Below are positions 8,826 to 21,000 of a DNA stretch of 64,000 nucleotides, piece by piece. Numbering within the stretch: the first letter of the stretch is position 1; every line of letters begins with the position of its first letter. A model generated the notes under the pieces. The model searched no databases and was not told where the DNA came from. It saw only the letters and a list, made by a program, of their open reading frames with translations. Origin of the DNA: a virus; IMG/VR virus record IMGVR_UViG_3300024999_000091, positions 4,256 to 68,255 of that record. The stretch is one strand, 5' to 3'. The translations under genes and the position numbers were made by a program.

Positions 8826-9424
8826 AACGCTACCCCTCTCTCGGTAACCCCTGGCAGTCCCAGGCTATTATCATTGTATGCCGTCGGTCCGAGTCGGCGG
8901 TACCGATTCCAGGACCGCCAGCCGAACAAACGAAGAGCGCGGTAAGCCCGGCCGGCGTCTACTGTGGCCCCGTGTTTCTCGATGGTGATGTGGCGAAGGA
9001 GTTGGTCACCAAACTTCTGGCCGCGGCCGATGAAGACTGGCACCAGGTCGCCAAACAGGTAAGGGAATTGCTTAACGAGACGCTCGGAGGCAATGTTGAA
9101 GATCAAGCCTGGCTTCCGCCTGGCGAGCATGTAGCCGTATTGATACCACTGATCGTGCGGCACGGACCCTTCAAGGAGAGTGCCGGTCGGCTCGATGATC
9201 GGCCAGCACGGACGCGGGACACTGGCCCCGTCGATGACGAATCCATCAGGGTGGACCAGTTCTAAACCGTCACCGAACTCTGGATCCTCGTCGAGAGTGA
9301 TTACGTACTCCCCGTAGAGCCGGTACCGTGGCGGAAATCGCCACCTGTAAATTATCTGCTGGAAATAGTTGAGGCCGTGCAGGTTATAAGGTAGCCGTTC
9401 GAGTCGCGGTGTCGGGATGATCAA
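8822..9424 (-). CDS. DUF1353-like protein
   Basis: PDGFVIDGASVPR, HDQWY, YRALRLFG. Confidence 0.8.
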   Translation of the reverse strand: MIIPTPRLERLPYNLHGLNYFQQIIYRWRFPPRYRLYGEYVITLDEDPEFGDGLELVHPDGFVIDGASVPRPCWPIIEPTGTLLEGSVPHDQWYQYGYMLARRKPGLIFNIASERLVKQFPYLFGDLVPVFIGRGQKFGDQLLRHITIEKHGATVDAGRAYRALRLFGWRSWNRYRRLGPTAYNDNSLGLPGVTERGVAF

Positions 9425-9924
9425 GGTATTACCCCTTTCTGCATCGGCAAATATTTTTTGATCGTGTCGAAAAGCAGCTGATAATCACAGTCCAGATCGT
9501 ACCGCTTGCATATCAGCGTCCAGGCCGCGCAGTAATCCGGGACATGATAGAGGTTCGGCGGCAACCACTCATCCGGCCCCTTGGCGCCCTTCGATCTGTT
9601 CACGGCGGCCAGGACCGGCAAAAGGTTATCTTGATCGTTGGCGAAGGCCTCGCGGCGATCAGCTGGCCAATTCTCGGCGCCGTGATCCCATGCCCACTTG
9701 AGAGGGATGATATGGTCTATGTCGGCCTTGCCCGGATCCGTGATCATTTCCCCGGTGTACGGGCAGGCTATGCCGATGTTTATTGCGATTTTGATCGCTT
9801 CTTCCCGGGTGTTCTCGCCATCACGGTCGGCATCTATCCAATGATGAAAACTCTCGCGGGAATAGTCGGCGGCGGCTGCCGGCAGGGAGAAGAAGAGGAT
9901 CAGTGAAAAAATGATATTTTTCAT
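9421..9924 (-). CDS. Secreted HNH (DUF1524-like) nuclease
   Basis: Signal peptide; HWIDADRDG.NTR, DIDHIIPL, FAND..NL, NRSKG.KGPDEWLP. Confidence 0.85.
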   Translation of the reverse strand: MKNIIFSLILFFSLPAAAADYSRESFHHWIDADRDGENTREEAIKIAINIGIACPYTGEMITDPGKADIDHIIPLKWAWDHGAENWPADRREAFANDQDNLLPVLAAVNRSKGAKGPDEWLPPNLYHVPDYCAAWTLICKRYDLDCDYQLLFDTIKKYLPMQKGVIP

Positions 9925-10112
9925 TTCCCGGGCCTGGTGAATAGTTTTTGAGCAAGTCCGCTGAGGCCTTCTCCTGAAGCGATCGACGCAAGAGTTCCGG
10001 CCAGGTACATGAAATTATCGCTCACGGCGACCATGAAACCGTGCTTGTAGCTGATCGCGGCCCAGGTTGCGGCCATGATGATGAGGATTATACAGGCTGT
10101 GATTTTTGCCAT
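9921..10112 (-). CDS. Small membrane protein (holin candidate)
   Basis: Two hydrophobic segments, basic C-terminus; ATG with GAGG upstream. Confidence 0.5.
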   Translation of the reverse strand: MAKITACIILIIMAATWAAISYKHGFMVAVSDNFMYLAGTLASIASGEGLSGLAQKLFTRPGK

Positions 10113-10268
10113 GGTGGCGCCTCGCAATGCTCAACGGTTTTATAATGAGGACATACCTGCTTTTTACCGGTCTTCAGGTTCTTTGATACGCACACGCCTT
10201 GGCAACGCTCCTCTCTCAGTTGTTTGTTGCCGTTCTCGGTGAATGGTTTTGTGCGGATTTCCACCTCA

Positions 10269-10928
10269 TCACCAAAGTGTTTTCTGGCTTGAATCGGTTT
10301 TGGTCGTAGTGTCGCCGCCCTTGTTCAGGCCCATATCCCAATATCCAGACGATTCACCGGCAATGCTGTAGATCGGGTTTTTATTGTTGTCAGACTGATA
10401 GAATACATCCCCGAGCCCGGAGTTGTTGATCGCAACCGAGCTATCGTTCTTCGGGATTTTCGCGGAATCGCCAAACAACCCGAGGCCATATCCCTGAAGC
10501 GCAAGACTTGCGACTGGCACAAGGTTTTTGTCGGCAAAATCGACCATTGTTTTGGGAGGAGCGATGCCATCAGGAGGGGGAGATGTGGGGATTTGCGCGA
10601 CAAGGAGGGTATCAACAAGGTTGGATAGTGTCCGCTCGGTTGGTGTCTGGAGGTCCTTTTGTCGAGCGGTCCCCTGCTCTTTGATGAAATCGATTTTCTT
10701 GGAGGCCATGATATTGAATTTATCAACCCGGCTACCTTCGTATTCGTAAAATTTATTGAGGTTGCCCGATTCGAAAAAAGGCGTTTCGGCAACAGGCTCC
10801 TCGGTAATCGTGCCGGTCACCTTGCCGTTGTCGTCAAGCATTGTCGTTGTCGTTTTTGTCGTCGGAGCGCAGCCGATGAGCAACAGTACGGAGAGAATCA
10901 GGGGGAATATTTTTTTCATAGTTTGCAC
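10269..10928 (-). CDS. Lipoprotein
   Basis: MKKIFPLILSVLLLIGC lipobox. Confidence 0.75.
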   Translation of the reverse strand: MQTMKKIFPLILSVLLLIGCAPTTKTTTTMLDDNGKVTGTITEEPVAETPFFESGNLNKFYEYEGSRVDKFNIMASKKIDFIKEQGTARQKDLQTPTERTLSNLVDTLLVAQIPTSPPPDGIAPPKTMVDFADKNLVPVASLALQGYGLGLFGDSAKIPKNDSSVAINNSGLGDVFYQSDNNKNPIYSIAGESSGYWDMGLNKGGDTTTKTDSSQKTLW

Positions 10929-11065
10929 CTCGAATTTGTTATGTTTTAGGTTAATGGTAGTTTCATATCAGTCACGGTCGCTTCAAAAGTTTTCGCCAAA
11001 GCGCCATGGTTGCCACTGCCATAATCAACATGGAGATAATTATACTGGCGCGCATGAATTGACCA

Positions 11066-12550
11066 TCACTCGGTATAATCAGCCGGATAACACCCAACAT
11101 CGGCCAGCTCCAGCGCAACCAATGGGGAGTCGTACCGGAGCCGCATGTCGCCGTTTTTAACATCAATAAACTTTGGATCGAGATACCTGTCGTTCGTTAC
11201 ATTCGATAAGGCATTCCACTCTTCGATGCTATTGTACGTTACTCCGTTGTATTTCCATGACCCGCCGCCTGCTTCGGAAAAATAAAAATTGTTTTCGAAA
11301 ATTGCTTCAGACCCGGCACTAGAACTAACAAATATAATATCTACCTCAGAATATACTATATTACACTTTAATGCCGCGCCGGTTGTTACTCTTGGAATTT
11401 CGGAACTAGCAATGTATAATCCAGGGTGAACATGGTCCGCATCATTAAAAATCAAATTGTTTTTGTACGCGGAATCCGTAGAGCCCCTGGATAATATAGC
11501 TCCTCCATCGGTGGTTGAGTTTATCACAGTATTAAACTCAAGCACTGATCCAATGGTATTTTTATCGACGACACCATATGCCGATAATGAAAATTCGTTG
11601 AACCGAGCTATCGCTCCAGTGATAGCTCCTAGCAAGAGGCCATGGTTCGCCCTGGTAACTATATTCCCGCAGACAACAACGTTGGCAATCATATTAGGTG
11701 TCGCTGGATATGCATCGTCGCCTACCTGCACTCCATATCCAGCATTCCCAAATGAATCTAAAATATTTGAAACAATATTCACTCTGCCAATTATATTAGC
11801 AGAGTTTTTAATCGAAATAGGAGCGGAAAAACCAGTTCCCCGACAATTAATCGTATTGCAAATAATATCCGCGTTGAAATCGGTATTACCAATACCGACA
11901 GACGCAGACGAAGTGGACAGATCAATAACGTTACCAAATATTTCTGCAAACCCCCCGCCCTTTGAATCGGTTACTGTGATGCACGGATCTCGAAATGGGG
12001 CACCGGGAAAATTCATAGTATTGTTTCTGATTTGACAGAGCCCTGCACCAACATAGCAGGACAAAGCCGCTCCCGCGCTGCCGTCAAAATCACAATTTTT
12101 AATAATAGTATCCGCGCAGGCGGCTTCGAACAAACTGAACAGCGTTGATCCTAAAAATTTACACCCATCAGCTATTGTCGATGACAATCCTGCTTGTATA
12201 TCCAACCCATAACTAGCGAGGCTGTTGGCATCTACTGTTACCCCAACCAGTTCGACACTCAATGTACTCGGATTTGCAATTAATGCCCTTATGCCAGCAG
12301 ATGTTAATTGCACGATTGGCAGGGTATTATTCTCAGAAATAATATCAATTGCCTTTGTTATCGTGTGGGCTGTAGCTGATTGATACGTGCCATCGTTTAC
12401 TACGATAATATCACCGGCGACGGATGCAGATAATGCGCTCGTTATGGTGAGTTTTGGGGTTGACTTTGACGCAGCTTGCGCTCTAGTATTCGCATCGTTT
12501 CCGATAGCATACCCGTTAGTTTCCGACTGGCTGACATATATAGTGGCCAT
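11066..12550 (-). CDS. Right-handed beta-helix protein (tailspike/depolymerase-like)
   Basis: IYVS..GND...TI..AL....GDIIVVNDGTY N-cap, Asn/Ile-rich beta-helix repeats, DPKF...DMRL..DSP C-terminus; visibly AT-richer. Confidence 0.75.
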   Translation of the reverse strand: MATIYVSQSETNGYAIGNDANTRAQAASKSTPKLTITSALSASVAGDIIVVNDGTYQSATAHTITKAIDIISENNTLPIVQLTSAGIRALIANPSTLSVELVGVTVDANSLASYGLDIQAGLSSTIADGCKFLGSTLFSLFEAACADTIIKNCDFDGSAGAALSCYVGAGLCQIRNNTMNFPGAPFRDPCITVTDSKGGGFAEIFGNVIDLSTSSASVGIGNTDFNADIICNTINCRGTGFSAPISIKNSANIIGRVNIVSNILDSFGNAGYGVQVGDDAYPATPNMIANVVVCGNIVTRANHGLLLGAITGAIARFNEFSLSAYGVVDKNTIGSVLEFNTVINSTTDGGAILSRGSTDSAYKNNLIFNDADHVHPGLYIASSEIPRVTTGAALKCNIVYSEVDIIFVSSSAGSEAIFENNFYFSEAGGGSWKYNGVTYNSIEEWNALSNVTNDRYLDPKFIDVKNGDMRLRYDSPLVALELADVGCYPADYTE

Positions 12551-12551
12551 T

Positions 12552-13340
12552 TTATGCCCTCCTTTGAATTGCTATGGGGCTATAGCCGAGCGTTAATAAA
12601 TCAAAGCCATTTGCCGATCTGTAATGCAGAGAATCACCTATTATCAGCCCATCGGGAAGCCGCTTTTGCCCTCGATATGCGTTGTATGCTATCGGGCCAA
12701 CGAGTTCAGCGCATGGATAGAAACCTATCAGCAATCCATCTCTTGCGACCCTGACCCCGCAAACAAAATGACCATTAGATATATCTATTCTGCCAGCAAC
12801 AGTACATGCAGGTTGATTTGTTGTTTGTGCAGTGATGGTATCGGTGGGCAGTATTCCAGGAATTGAAATACAAGTAACCCCATTGCCAAGATAACCGGCC
12901 GGAGTATTGTACAGAGATGCCAAATTGCTTAGGCCAAAATGACGCAAAGCTTTGTTCAGAACCCTCCGAGATGTACCGATGGCATAAAGCACATAACCTT
13001 TGCCGGAAGCGCCTATCAATTCGTAAATATTGAGGAGATTTGATGCTTCGATGTTGATGATTCGCTGTGCGTCACTATAGGGAACGTCAAACTCATCAAA
13101 CAGCAGTGCCCATATTTCAGGGCGCACATTCGGCTTATCCGTGATTGATATGCCGATAACATCGGTCATCACGCCGCCGACATTTATTATCAGCGCTTGT
13201 AAACCATCTCTGGGTATACCGTTTCGAGATGGTTCATTAGAGGAACGAACTGAAGGGCGTTTTGTGCTGCGGACGGTGGGTACGACTCTATTCATGTAGA
13301 CACCACATGATGCGCCGTGGTGTCGGCGTTCGGACACCAC
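12552..13340 (-). CDS. Hypothetical (tail-associated) protein
   Basis: Long ORF in the late operon; true start may be ATG near 13295. Confidence 0.55.
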   Translation of the reverse strand: MVSERRHHGASCGVYMNRVVPTVRSTKRPSVRSSNEPSRNGIPRDGLQALIINVGGVMTDVIGISITDKPNVRPEIWALLFDEFDVPYSDAQRIINIEASNLLNIYELIGASGKGYVLYAIGTSRRVLNKALRHFGLSNLASLYNTPAGYLGNGVTCISIPGILPTDTITAQTTNQPACTVAGRIDISNGHFVCGVRVARDGLLIGFYPCAELVGPIAYNAYRGQKRLPDGLIIGDSLHYRSANGFDLLTLGYSPIAIQRRA

Positions 13341-13364
13341 GGCTTATTGATTGCTGATCGTTCC

Positions 13365-14582
13365 TTAATCCGCAGTTTCTACGTAATAAATCGAGCCGGT
13401 AAAGTATGTCGGAACTCCGGTCGGAGCGCCAAGAACTACCTTGACCCAATCGCCGGCATCGATCGTACCGTTCGTCAATGCCCCGTCATCCTCGGCGCCG
13501 TTGTCGTCTGCAGTGATTGCAGCATCGACAGTCGCGCAGTTTGCACCCGCGGCATCGCACTCCTGGATATCAACCGATATGTCGGTTCCTGCGCCTTCTA
13601 CGATTACATGTATATCGGTAATGGTGATCGCAGTTTGCGCTTTAAAGAGAAACGAATCATCTGCATCGGCAGGGGCCTTGATTGCAAAGTCCTTCTGCTT
13701 TTTGTAGGTCACTACTCTTTTCGCGCCGCCGAAGTAGATAAGCTGATCGGATGTGGTGTCGACCGCAATCTCGCCGGCGGCATCAACCGTTGGAGCCGCA
13801 CCTTGGGGAAGCGCTGCGCTGACAGCGAACACCGGACTTTCAGCCGGAGCCTTCAAGGCCAACTGGTCGAAGACCTTATCTGCACTCCATATGGAAGTCG
13901 TGTCGCCATTGCCCTTTGTGTCATCCAGATCAGTGGCATCTATTTTGAGCGCCAACTCGCTGGTTGATTTGTCCGCGCTCCAGAAATATGTCGTGTCCCC
14001 GACGCCCTTGGTATCATCGAGGGCAGTGAGAGCTACCTTCAGGGCCAGCTGATCAAACACCTTGTCGGCGCTCCAAACGTAAGTAGCATCACCATTCCCT
14101 TTGGTATCGTCCAATACGGTGGCGTCAAGTTTGAGCGCCAACTGGTCAAAAGATTTATCGGCACTCCAGAAGAAGGTGGTATGGCCGTTTCCTTTACTAT
14201 CATCCAAGGCGGTCAGGTTGACCTTCAAGGCAAGTTGGTCGAACACCTTATCCGCACTGTAGAAGTAGGTGGTATCGCCATTTCCTTTCGTGTCGTCAAG
14301 AGCGGTCAGATTCACCTTGAGCGCGAGTTGATCAAAAGATTTGTCAGCGCTCCAGACGTATTCGGTGTGACCATTCCCTTTGGCGTCATCGATTACCGAG
14401 GCCCAACCGAAGGTGCCGACTCCGGTCGCCTGAAGCAGTTGGGTGTCGGCGGTCGGTAGGGCATTGAGCCCGCCATAGGTGACATCAATCAGTCCATTTG
14501 AATCATTATCCTGTTCAAGCGCGTGTACCGGTAAAGCATAGACAAGTAACAAAATTGCGAAAAAAGATACGAAACGTTTCAT
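13365..14582 (-). CDS. Signal-peptide protein with six 31-aa repeats
   Basis: AGGAGG RBS; MKRFVSFFAILLLVYALPVHA signal; LDDTKGNGDTTYxWSADKxFDQLALK repeats. Confidence 0.85.
   Translation of the reverse strand: MKRFVSFFAILLLVYALPVHALEQDNDSNGLIDVTYGGLNALPTADTQLLQATGVGTFGWASVIDDAKGNGHTEYVWSADKSFDQLALKVNLTALDDTKGNGDTTYFYSADKVFDQLALKVNLTALDDSKGNGHTTFFWSADKSFDQLALKLDATVLDDTKGNGDATYVWSADKVFDQLALKVALTALDDTKGVGDTTYFWSADKSTSELALKIDATDLDDTKGNGDTTSIWSADKVFDQLALKAPAESPVFAVSAALPQGAAPTVDAAGEIAVDTTSDQLIYFGGAKRVVTYKKQKDFAIKAPADADDSFLFKAQTAITITDIHVIVEGAGTDISVDIQECDAAGANCATVDAAITADDNGAEDDGALTNGTIDAGDWVKVVLGAPTGVPTYFTGSIYYVETAD
13851..14393 (-). repeat. Six degenerate 93-bp coding tandem repeats
   Basis: 31-aa period in the translation. 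Confidence 0.85.
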
Positions 14583-14611
14583 GACAAATCCTCCTGAGAT
14601 CTATTTTAACC

Positions 14612-14947
14612 CTACCAAGTTGCGGCTACACCACCGATCGTTACATCTTCACCACCCAACGTTACTGCTTCATCAGTCTGCGTTACCCCGCCAGCGTAAA
14701 CTATAGCCCTTCCACTCTCGAGATTACTGTTGAAGCGGTATCGAATTGTGAGGTCATTTACTATGATCGAGAACTGAGTTTGCGATTCAGTGATGGCCCC
14801 CGGGACTTTCTCCCAACTGGTTTCACCAGGCATCTGCGACTCCAGCCATACCTTCCCTGAGAAACTTCCCTTGATCTTTATATCTGTATCACCCAGCGGA
14901 AAGAAACTAGCTGATGGTCTGCCGATACTATCCAAGTAGCCTTTCAT
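14612..14947 (-). CDS. Hypothetical virion-associated protein
   Basis: AAGGGA RBS; operon position. Confidence 0.7.
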   Translation of the reverse strand: MKGYLDSIGRPSASFFPLGDTDIKIKGSFSGKVWLESQMPGETSWEKVPGAITESQTQFSIIVNDLTIRYRFNSNLESGRAIVYAGGVTQTDEAVTLGGEDVTIGGVAATW

Positions 14948-15052
14948 ATCGCTTTTCCCTTTTCTGATTGTTTGGAGTCATCAATAAATTGATACATCTT
15001 TTTTATCCTATTCTTTATCATAATAAAAGCCTATTCTATCGATAGCCTCTTC

Positions 15053-18000
15053 CTATTTGTTCTCACCTACGACATATTTTGAATATCCGATTGACCGGCG
15101 AATGGGGTATTCGGTCTGCCCGGTGGCCGCGTCATAAACACCTTCGAATGTCCGCTGTATTGGTTTTGTTGGGATTCCGGCGAAATAGCCGAAGGTATGA
15201 ACCATTCCGAGAAGCGACTGCTCAAGATATTCATCAGGGGAAATTCGCTCCGTGCCGCCCTGCAGAAATTTAAAGAAATCGCTCACGGTTTCCTTGCTGG
15301 TGCTGAACGCCTCTGACACTGGCGTGAACTCGTCTCCGAAATATCCTTGCCCGGTGATCGCCTGAGAATACCCCTCCATGATGGTTCGGATGATTGGCAG
15401 TCCCTGGAAAGGACCGAGAGCGATACCTTTCGCCTGGTTCTTCAGGAAGCGCTCCTCGTCCTCATCGTCGCCGTCGATAATCATCAAGGCGTCGGCAATG
15501 GCCTGGAAAATAACGGGCAGAAGGACGCCGAAGACAAAAAGCCGTTTGGCCGAATCCTTCGGGTCTGCCCTCATGTTTCTCACAGCCATGAATATCTGCC
15601 GGCTGTAACTGGCCGGCGCCGTCATGAACATGGTGAAGAGTTTCATGATCGGGGTGCCCTGCTGGAACCAACCAAGATCCTTGGCCGCTCCAGACTGTTG
15701 GGACCGCTCGGTTGCCTTCTCGAACTCATCGAGGGCCTGCTGGTCAGCTTCCCGGTGAGACATGCCGCCCGCCTTGAGTTTGTCCAGGTGGTATTTATAG
15801 ACGGCGTACCCACCAGTGAGAACGGAAAACTTGTCACCCAGCTGCACCATCACCATAACGGCATCTCTCCCCCGGCGATGCTGGGCAATTATGTTGTCGC
15901 CGCCCATCTTCATGGCGGCGGCCACGTCCCGCTCGAAGCCCTGCTTATATCTGGACTTCATCATGGTCGACCGGCCGAGAATCCTGGCAACCGTGATCGG
16001 GTGAGCCATGGCATAACCAGTGTGCTTAAACCAATCGGCAACAGGAACGTCAGCCATGTATGCCGGAATGGCGGTCATTTGCTTGAGGAAAACGACGGGG
16101 TTCAGGCCTACCATGGCCCGGGTCACGTTGCCGCGTACTCGGTCCAGAAAGTGCAGATCATCGACAATCTCCCGGTCGCTCTTCACAAATCGATCCTGGA
16201 AGAACCGGATGGTCCGCATGGTCGACCGGCCGTAATGCTGCCGGATGAACTTCTGCACTGTAGGGCTGTTGAAGGTGCCGTTGATCTCCCGGGTGGGAAT
16301 CGCCCACGCCTTGAAGTGGTTCATGTCGGCAATGTGATTAACCAGGATGTCGTTGACGTTCTGCATCTTGAACGGTTTGGTATTTCGCACCCGGGACCGC
16401 AAGGATCCCTTCTTGATGCTGCCGGTCTCTATGCCGGATAGCATGCCCTCCTTCTCCTTGTCTGCCGCCTTGCCGGTCACCTCCCGGCGCCATGGCACAT
16501 AGTTGGCCGTCTTATCCAGATCGATACCGTAAACCTGCCGATACACCTTGTTCGTGTCGTCGTGGAAGTCCTGATAGAAATCGGCAACGAGATAGTCTGC
16601 CCACGCTTTCAGTTTTGGGCCAATCAGCTTTTCAATCTCATCGATGGTCTTGCCGTCGATACCCATGCCCTCGAAGGTCTCGGCCACTACCGGGTTTTCC
16701 ATGTCCCGGCTGATCTGATACCAGTAAGCGGCCTGCAGGGGAGAGATGGTCACGGCCCGCCGTTCCCCCTTGTCGCCGAAAGCGATGTGTACCTTGCCTT
16801 CTACCTGCTGGCCGAGTTTCGCGAAGGTCTTGGCGAGAGCCACGTTGTCTTTGACGCCAAATATCTCCACGGCCTTGTCCATGACCCTCTCATGCGTCTC
16901 CATCTGCATGCGCTCGTAATCCCTGGTGGCCTTGTGAGCGATGCTGCCGAAGTGCTTCACCATCCATGACTGCAGGGTCTTGCCACCTGACTTACGGCTG
17001 ATCTTGTCGAGCATCAACTCCCAACTTTGGATGGAGTTTGCCGTAGCCGAAAGGGCTTCTTTCACCTTGCCGGTGGCGCTCTGTTCCCGGGCAACTCGCT
17101 GGCTCTTCTCAGCGATGGTCTCCGGAACCGGTTCATCTTCGCCGGTAATTTCCTTAATGGCCTTTTCCCGGTTCGCCTTATTGCGCTCCTTCCAGGTTTC
17201 AAATTGTTCCCGCCACGGCGCCCGGCCTTCCTCAAGGACATCGGACATCGACCGGTAAGCTCTCACCACCTCGTCAAAGGTTTGGGCCTCGATACCGCCG
17301 AAGATGGCGAGCAGGTTGCCGAAGGATTCCATATCGGCTATCTGCTCCTCGACCCGCTCCTGCTCCTGGGGAGTTTTGGCCTGCTGTAGCTGATCTTGGA
17401 GAATGAGGTGTTGCTGGTGCAGGCGGTCCTGCTCGAGTTGCAACTCCACCCGGGAGTCCGCCGTCTTGCCGATCTTGAAAGCGATGCCACGGAGATATTT
17501 CAGGTCGCGCTCGAAGGCCGCCCCCCGGCCGCGCCGCACCCTGTCTTTCTTCATCCGCAAAGGGGCAACGGCCTTTTCCAAGCGCTCAATGATCTCGTCT
17601 TTGAGGTATCCGGCCAGGGCCTTATTGCCGTGGATAAGGAAGTTCCGCAGGCGCTTCTGCTGTATCGCCTGATCCTTCACCCGGCTGATCTGCGACAGTT
17701 TGTTGAGCAGTTCCGCCCGGGGTTCCGCCGGAAACTTGTTGACGAAGTTCGCCGCGAACTGCTGTTTGGCCGCCGCCGACTTCAGCGGATCTTTGATTGC
17801 GGCCCGGGCGGCCCGGAATGCCTCGAGTGCTTCGTCAACCTTTTTGGCACCAAACCGATTCTTGGCCACGGCCGGCGATGACACGGCAGCCAGTTTTCGC
17901 ATGATCTCGGCAACCAGTTTCTCTCCGTGGGTCAGGCTTGCGTCGGAAACCACGCCGTCTACCGTGGCGTTCAGGATTGTGGTGTTGCGGGCTTCCTGGT

Positions 18001-21000
18001 AACTGTCGGCGGTAAGGTCTGGACTGCTCTTGCTTTTCAAGAGGACATCGCGCACGTCCTGCCCTTCTTTCAAAAGCCCTTCGGTTTTCAGCATCTTTTC
18101 CATACTGAGCCACGGCGGCCGCACTTTTCGCGCTGCCGGTGGCAAGTTCAGGCGATACTGAACAAGCCTTGCTTCAACCTCTCCGACTCGTCGGTAATAT
18201 GATTCCGGCTCGGAAGCGTCATATCTTGTTCCAGTTGCAAAACCTTCGTGATGCTGAATGATGTGCTGAGTCTCGTGCTGAATAACGCTGCGCTGCACGG
18301 CATGGCTCATCCTTGAGTTCACGAATATCGTCTTCGTGGCCTGATCCAACAACCCTCTTCTGTTCGGACCCAAAGCCCTGAAACTGATTTCGTAATCATT
18401 GAGGAACGGGTAGTTGGCGAACAGTTGACGATGCTTCAAGGCATCGCTGAGTTTTCCCTCCTTCGGTTCTATCGAGGAAAGGCTGTCGTCAATCTCGAAG
18501 CTCCATTGCCCCGGGACGATTTCCCACCATCCGGTTTCCGCCCATATCTCTTCTCTCGGCTGGCCGTCGGCCTTCATCTCTTTGGCCGTGGCCAGTTTGC
18601 CGCGGTCGGCGGCGGTCGCTTTCTCGCCTGCGAAGGAGAAGGAAACACCTTCGCTTTTCCCTGCCGGCGATGAAGTAGCGCGAACTGCTTTTGCGGCCAT
18701 GGCCTTAAAGTCATCGACAGATAGGAAATTGACAAACCGCTTCCCGAACACCCGCAGCATGATCTTCTTGATTGCCGCCATAACCCGGCGAACCGGCCCG
18801 GCTGCCGGAGCGTCCTCGACCATGTAGGCAAGAACCTCGCTCCAGTAGTTCTCCGGTTTCGTGTCGGCTGGCACCCTGGCCATTGCCGCTCTGATTGCCC
18901 GGCCGGTCCTGCCGGTTTCCTTCTGGCGCTTCTCGAGCGAGCCTTCTACCAGTTGATACTCACGATCGGCGAGCAGGAGCTTCCGGAGATGGACGCCTAC
19001 CTCGTGGTTTAGGACATCGGCGTCCCGGCCCGGCTGGATGCCGTCGGCCACCAGCCATACTTTTTCACCGTTGGTAAAGCCCTGGATGGTCTTGCCGTCG
19101 GCTGAATATAGGACTTCGACTATCGAGACGTCTGCGTCATTGAAGATGACGTAGTTGTGGACGGGTCCGCGCGGAACCAGGTCACCCCGTTCCAAGGCAT
19201 CAGCTGCCACGTCTTTCCCTTTTTCCCTTAGATGAGTAACGGCTTTAGGGATATCCTCGACCATCATCAGCATGGCAGATTCGGCATCATTTTTTACATC
19301 GTTACTGCCATCCTTACCGTTGGCCCATTCGAGTTGAAAGTTAACACCACGACTGCTGGCGTCGAGGTATTTGATGCCGCGGATACCGAGGGAGTGGAGG
19401 TATTTGGAGGCGGCTTGGTCGTTCCTGCGATCCCCTTTATCTTTCACATCTCCAAGAGATGACGATATTCGTTCGTATATGCCGCTTCCGGAAAAATCAA
19501 GACCAGTATCTAGTAGTTTCCCTATGATGGCATTATTGTCCCATGCACCGGCATCAAGCGCCGTCCTAACCTTCTTCGACTGTTCCGATAGTGGCTTATC
19601 CCACAGCAGATATTCGTCTTCGGTTGGGGCGAGATCAACCTTGTATAGGTTTCCTGCCGGTTTTCCCCACGCCTTATCAGTCGCATCCCAAAGTTTTTCT
19701 TTATTCTCCTCAATAAAGCCTCTTGCATCGGCGACAGCATAACCTGCTTTTCTTACCGCTACTGCCGAGCGCATACCGGCGGGAGATTCATTTTTAAATT
19801 TAAATATCTCAACAACCAGATTGTGTGGCGCTTCCGGAATCAGGCGCTTGAACTCGTTTATAAAGGCCCCGATCTTTGGTGACAGTGTGGTTCGGTAAAA
19901 ATCTGCCACCTCCTTGTTCCCGGCAAAATAAAGCCCATACCCGTAAGATTGGTTACCTTCACCGCTCCCGATCTTCGATGAAGAAAACTTGTCAACGGTG
20001 TGCGGGGTGCCATGCCATGCGGCAGAATACTTCTTCTCCCCGCGCAGGCCAGCGATAATCTTCCGCGCCTCCTCCTGGTTGCCGACGATAGCCATGGTGC
20101 CCTGCAGGGATTCAAAGACATCGGCACCGAGTTTTGCGCGGAGCTCCTCCTCTACCTGGGCGACTGTGCGGCCGGAAGATTCCCCAGATTTCGAGTATTG
20201 CGTATTATCGTCGGACTGCGCCTGATTGCCCCCGGCAGGCCTTCCGCCGGTCACGGTCAGGATCTTGTGGTTCTTTAATATCCGCTCGAGAACCGCATTG
20301 CCATCGGTACCGGTCGGTATGAAGTTCCTAGTGATGTAGTTGATTCTCTCGGTGAATGCGCCATAGTTCGACAGGATATTGTAATCGCCGTAGCCGGTAC
20401 CTTCTACCTCCATGCGGTTCTCGCCGGCCACGCGCCTCCTGATGATCTTCCACTTGTTGTCGAGGTTGAGTGTCTGCCCGTTCTGCAGGATGGTATCTTG
20501 CGCCTGCTTCGGCGTCATCTCCACGGCCTTTCCTTCGACATCCAGGAGGGCCATAACCTCAGAGATGTGTTCCCCGGCAATCATCCGGCCAAGCATCGTT
20601 TCGGTGCCGGTCTGCACCCGGATAATCTTCGGGTGCCCGACAAGCTTATCCCAGATAGGCAGAAGTGCCCCGGTGATAAGGTGTTCTCTTTGGGTGACGA
20701 TATCAGGAATCGCCTTCAGCGCTTCGTTCCATCTTTCGAGCGCTTCAGCCTTGTCGGTGATAGAGGTGAATTTCTCTTCAAAGCCTTCTTTCTCGACCTT
20801 CCGTATCGCATTCCTGCCGTTTCTGAGAGTGATATGGTCAACGATATTTCCAGCCTCGTTGGTAGAACTGCTTTGACTAACGATCTGCCACGGCATACCG
20901 CTGTGATTGTTCACCACCATTCTTCGTTTTGAATCGAACGGCACCTTCTCAACGCGGTGGTCGACATCCAGTTGCACGTATTCGGTAACGGCGCCTGATC

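Noticed and set aside
13851-14393. Diversity-generating retroelement TR/VR
   Set aside because: No reverse transcriptase; the repeats are in-frame coding repeats without evident adenine-specific variation.
15347-16441. Long antisense ORFs (also 25158..26183, 38823..39638, 60220..61311)
   Set aside because: Shadow ORFs of GC-rich or coiled-coil genes with no motifs or RBS, unlike the HNH case.
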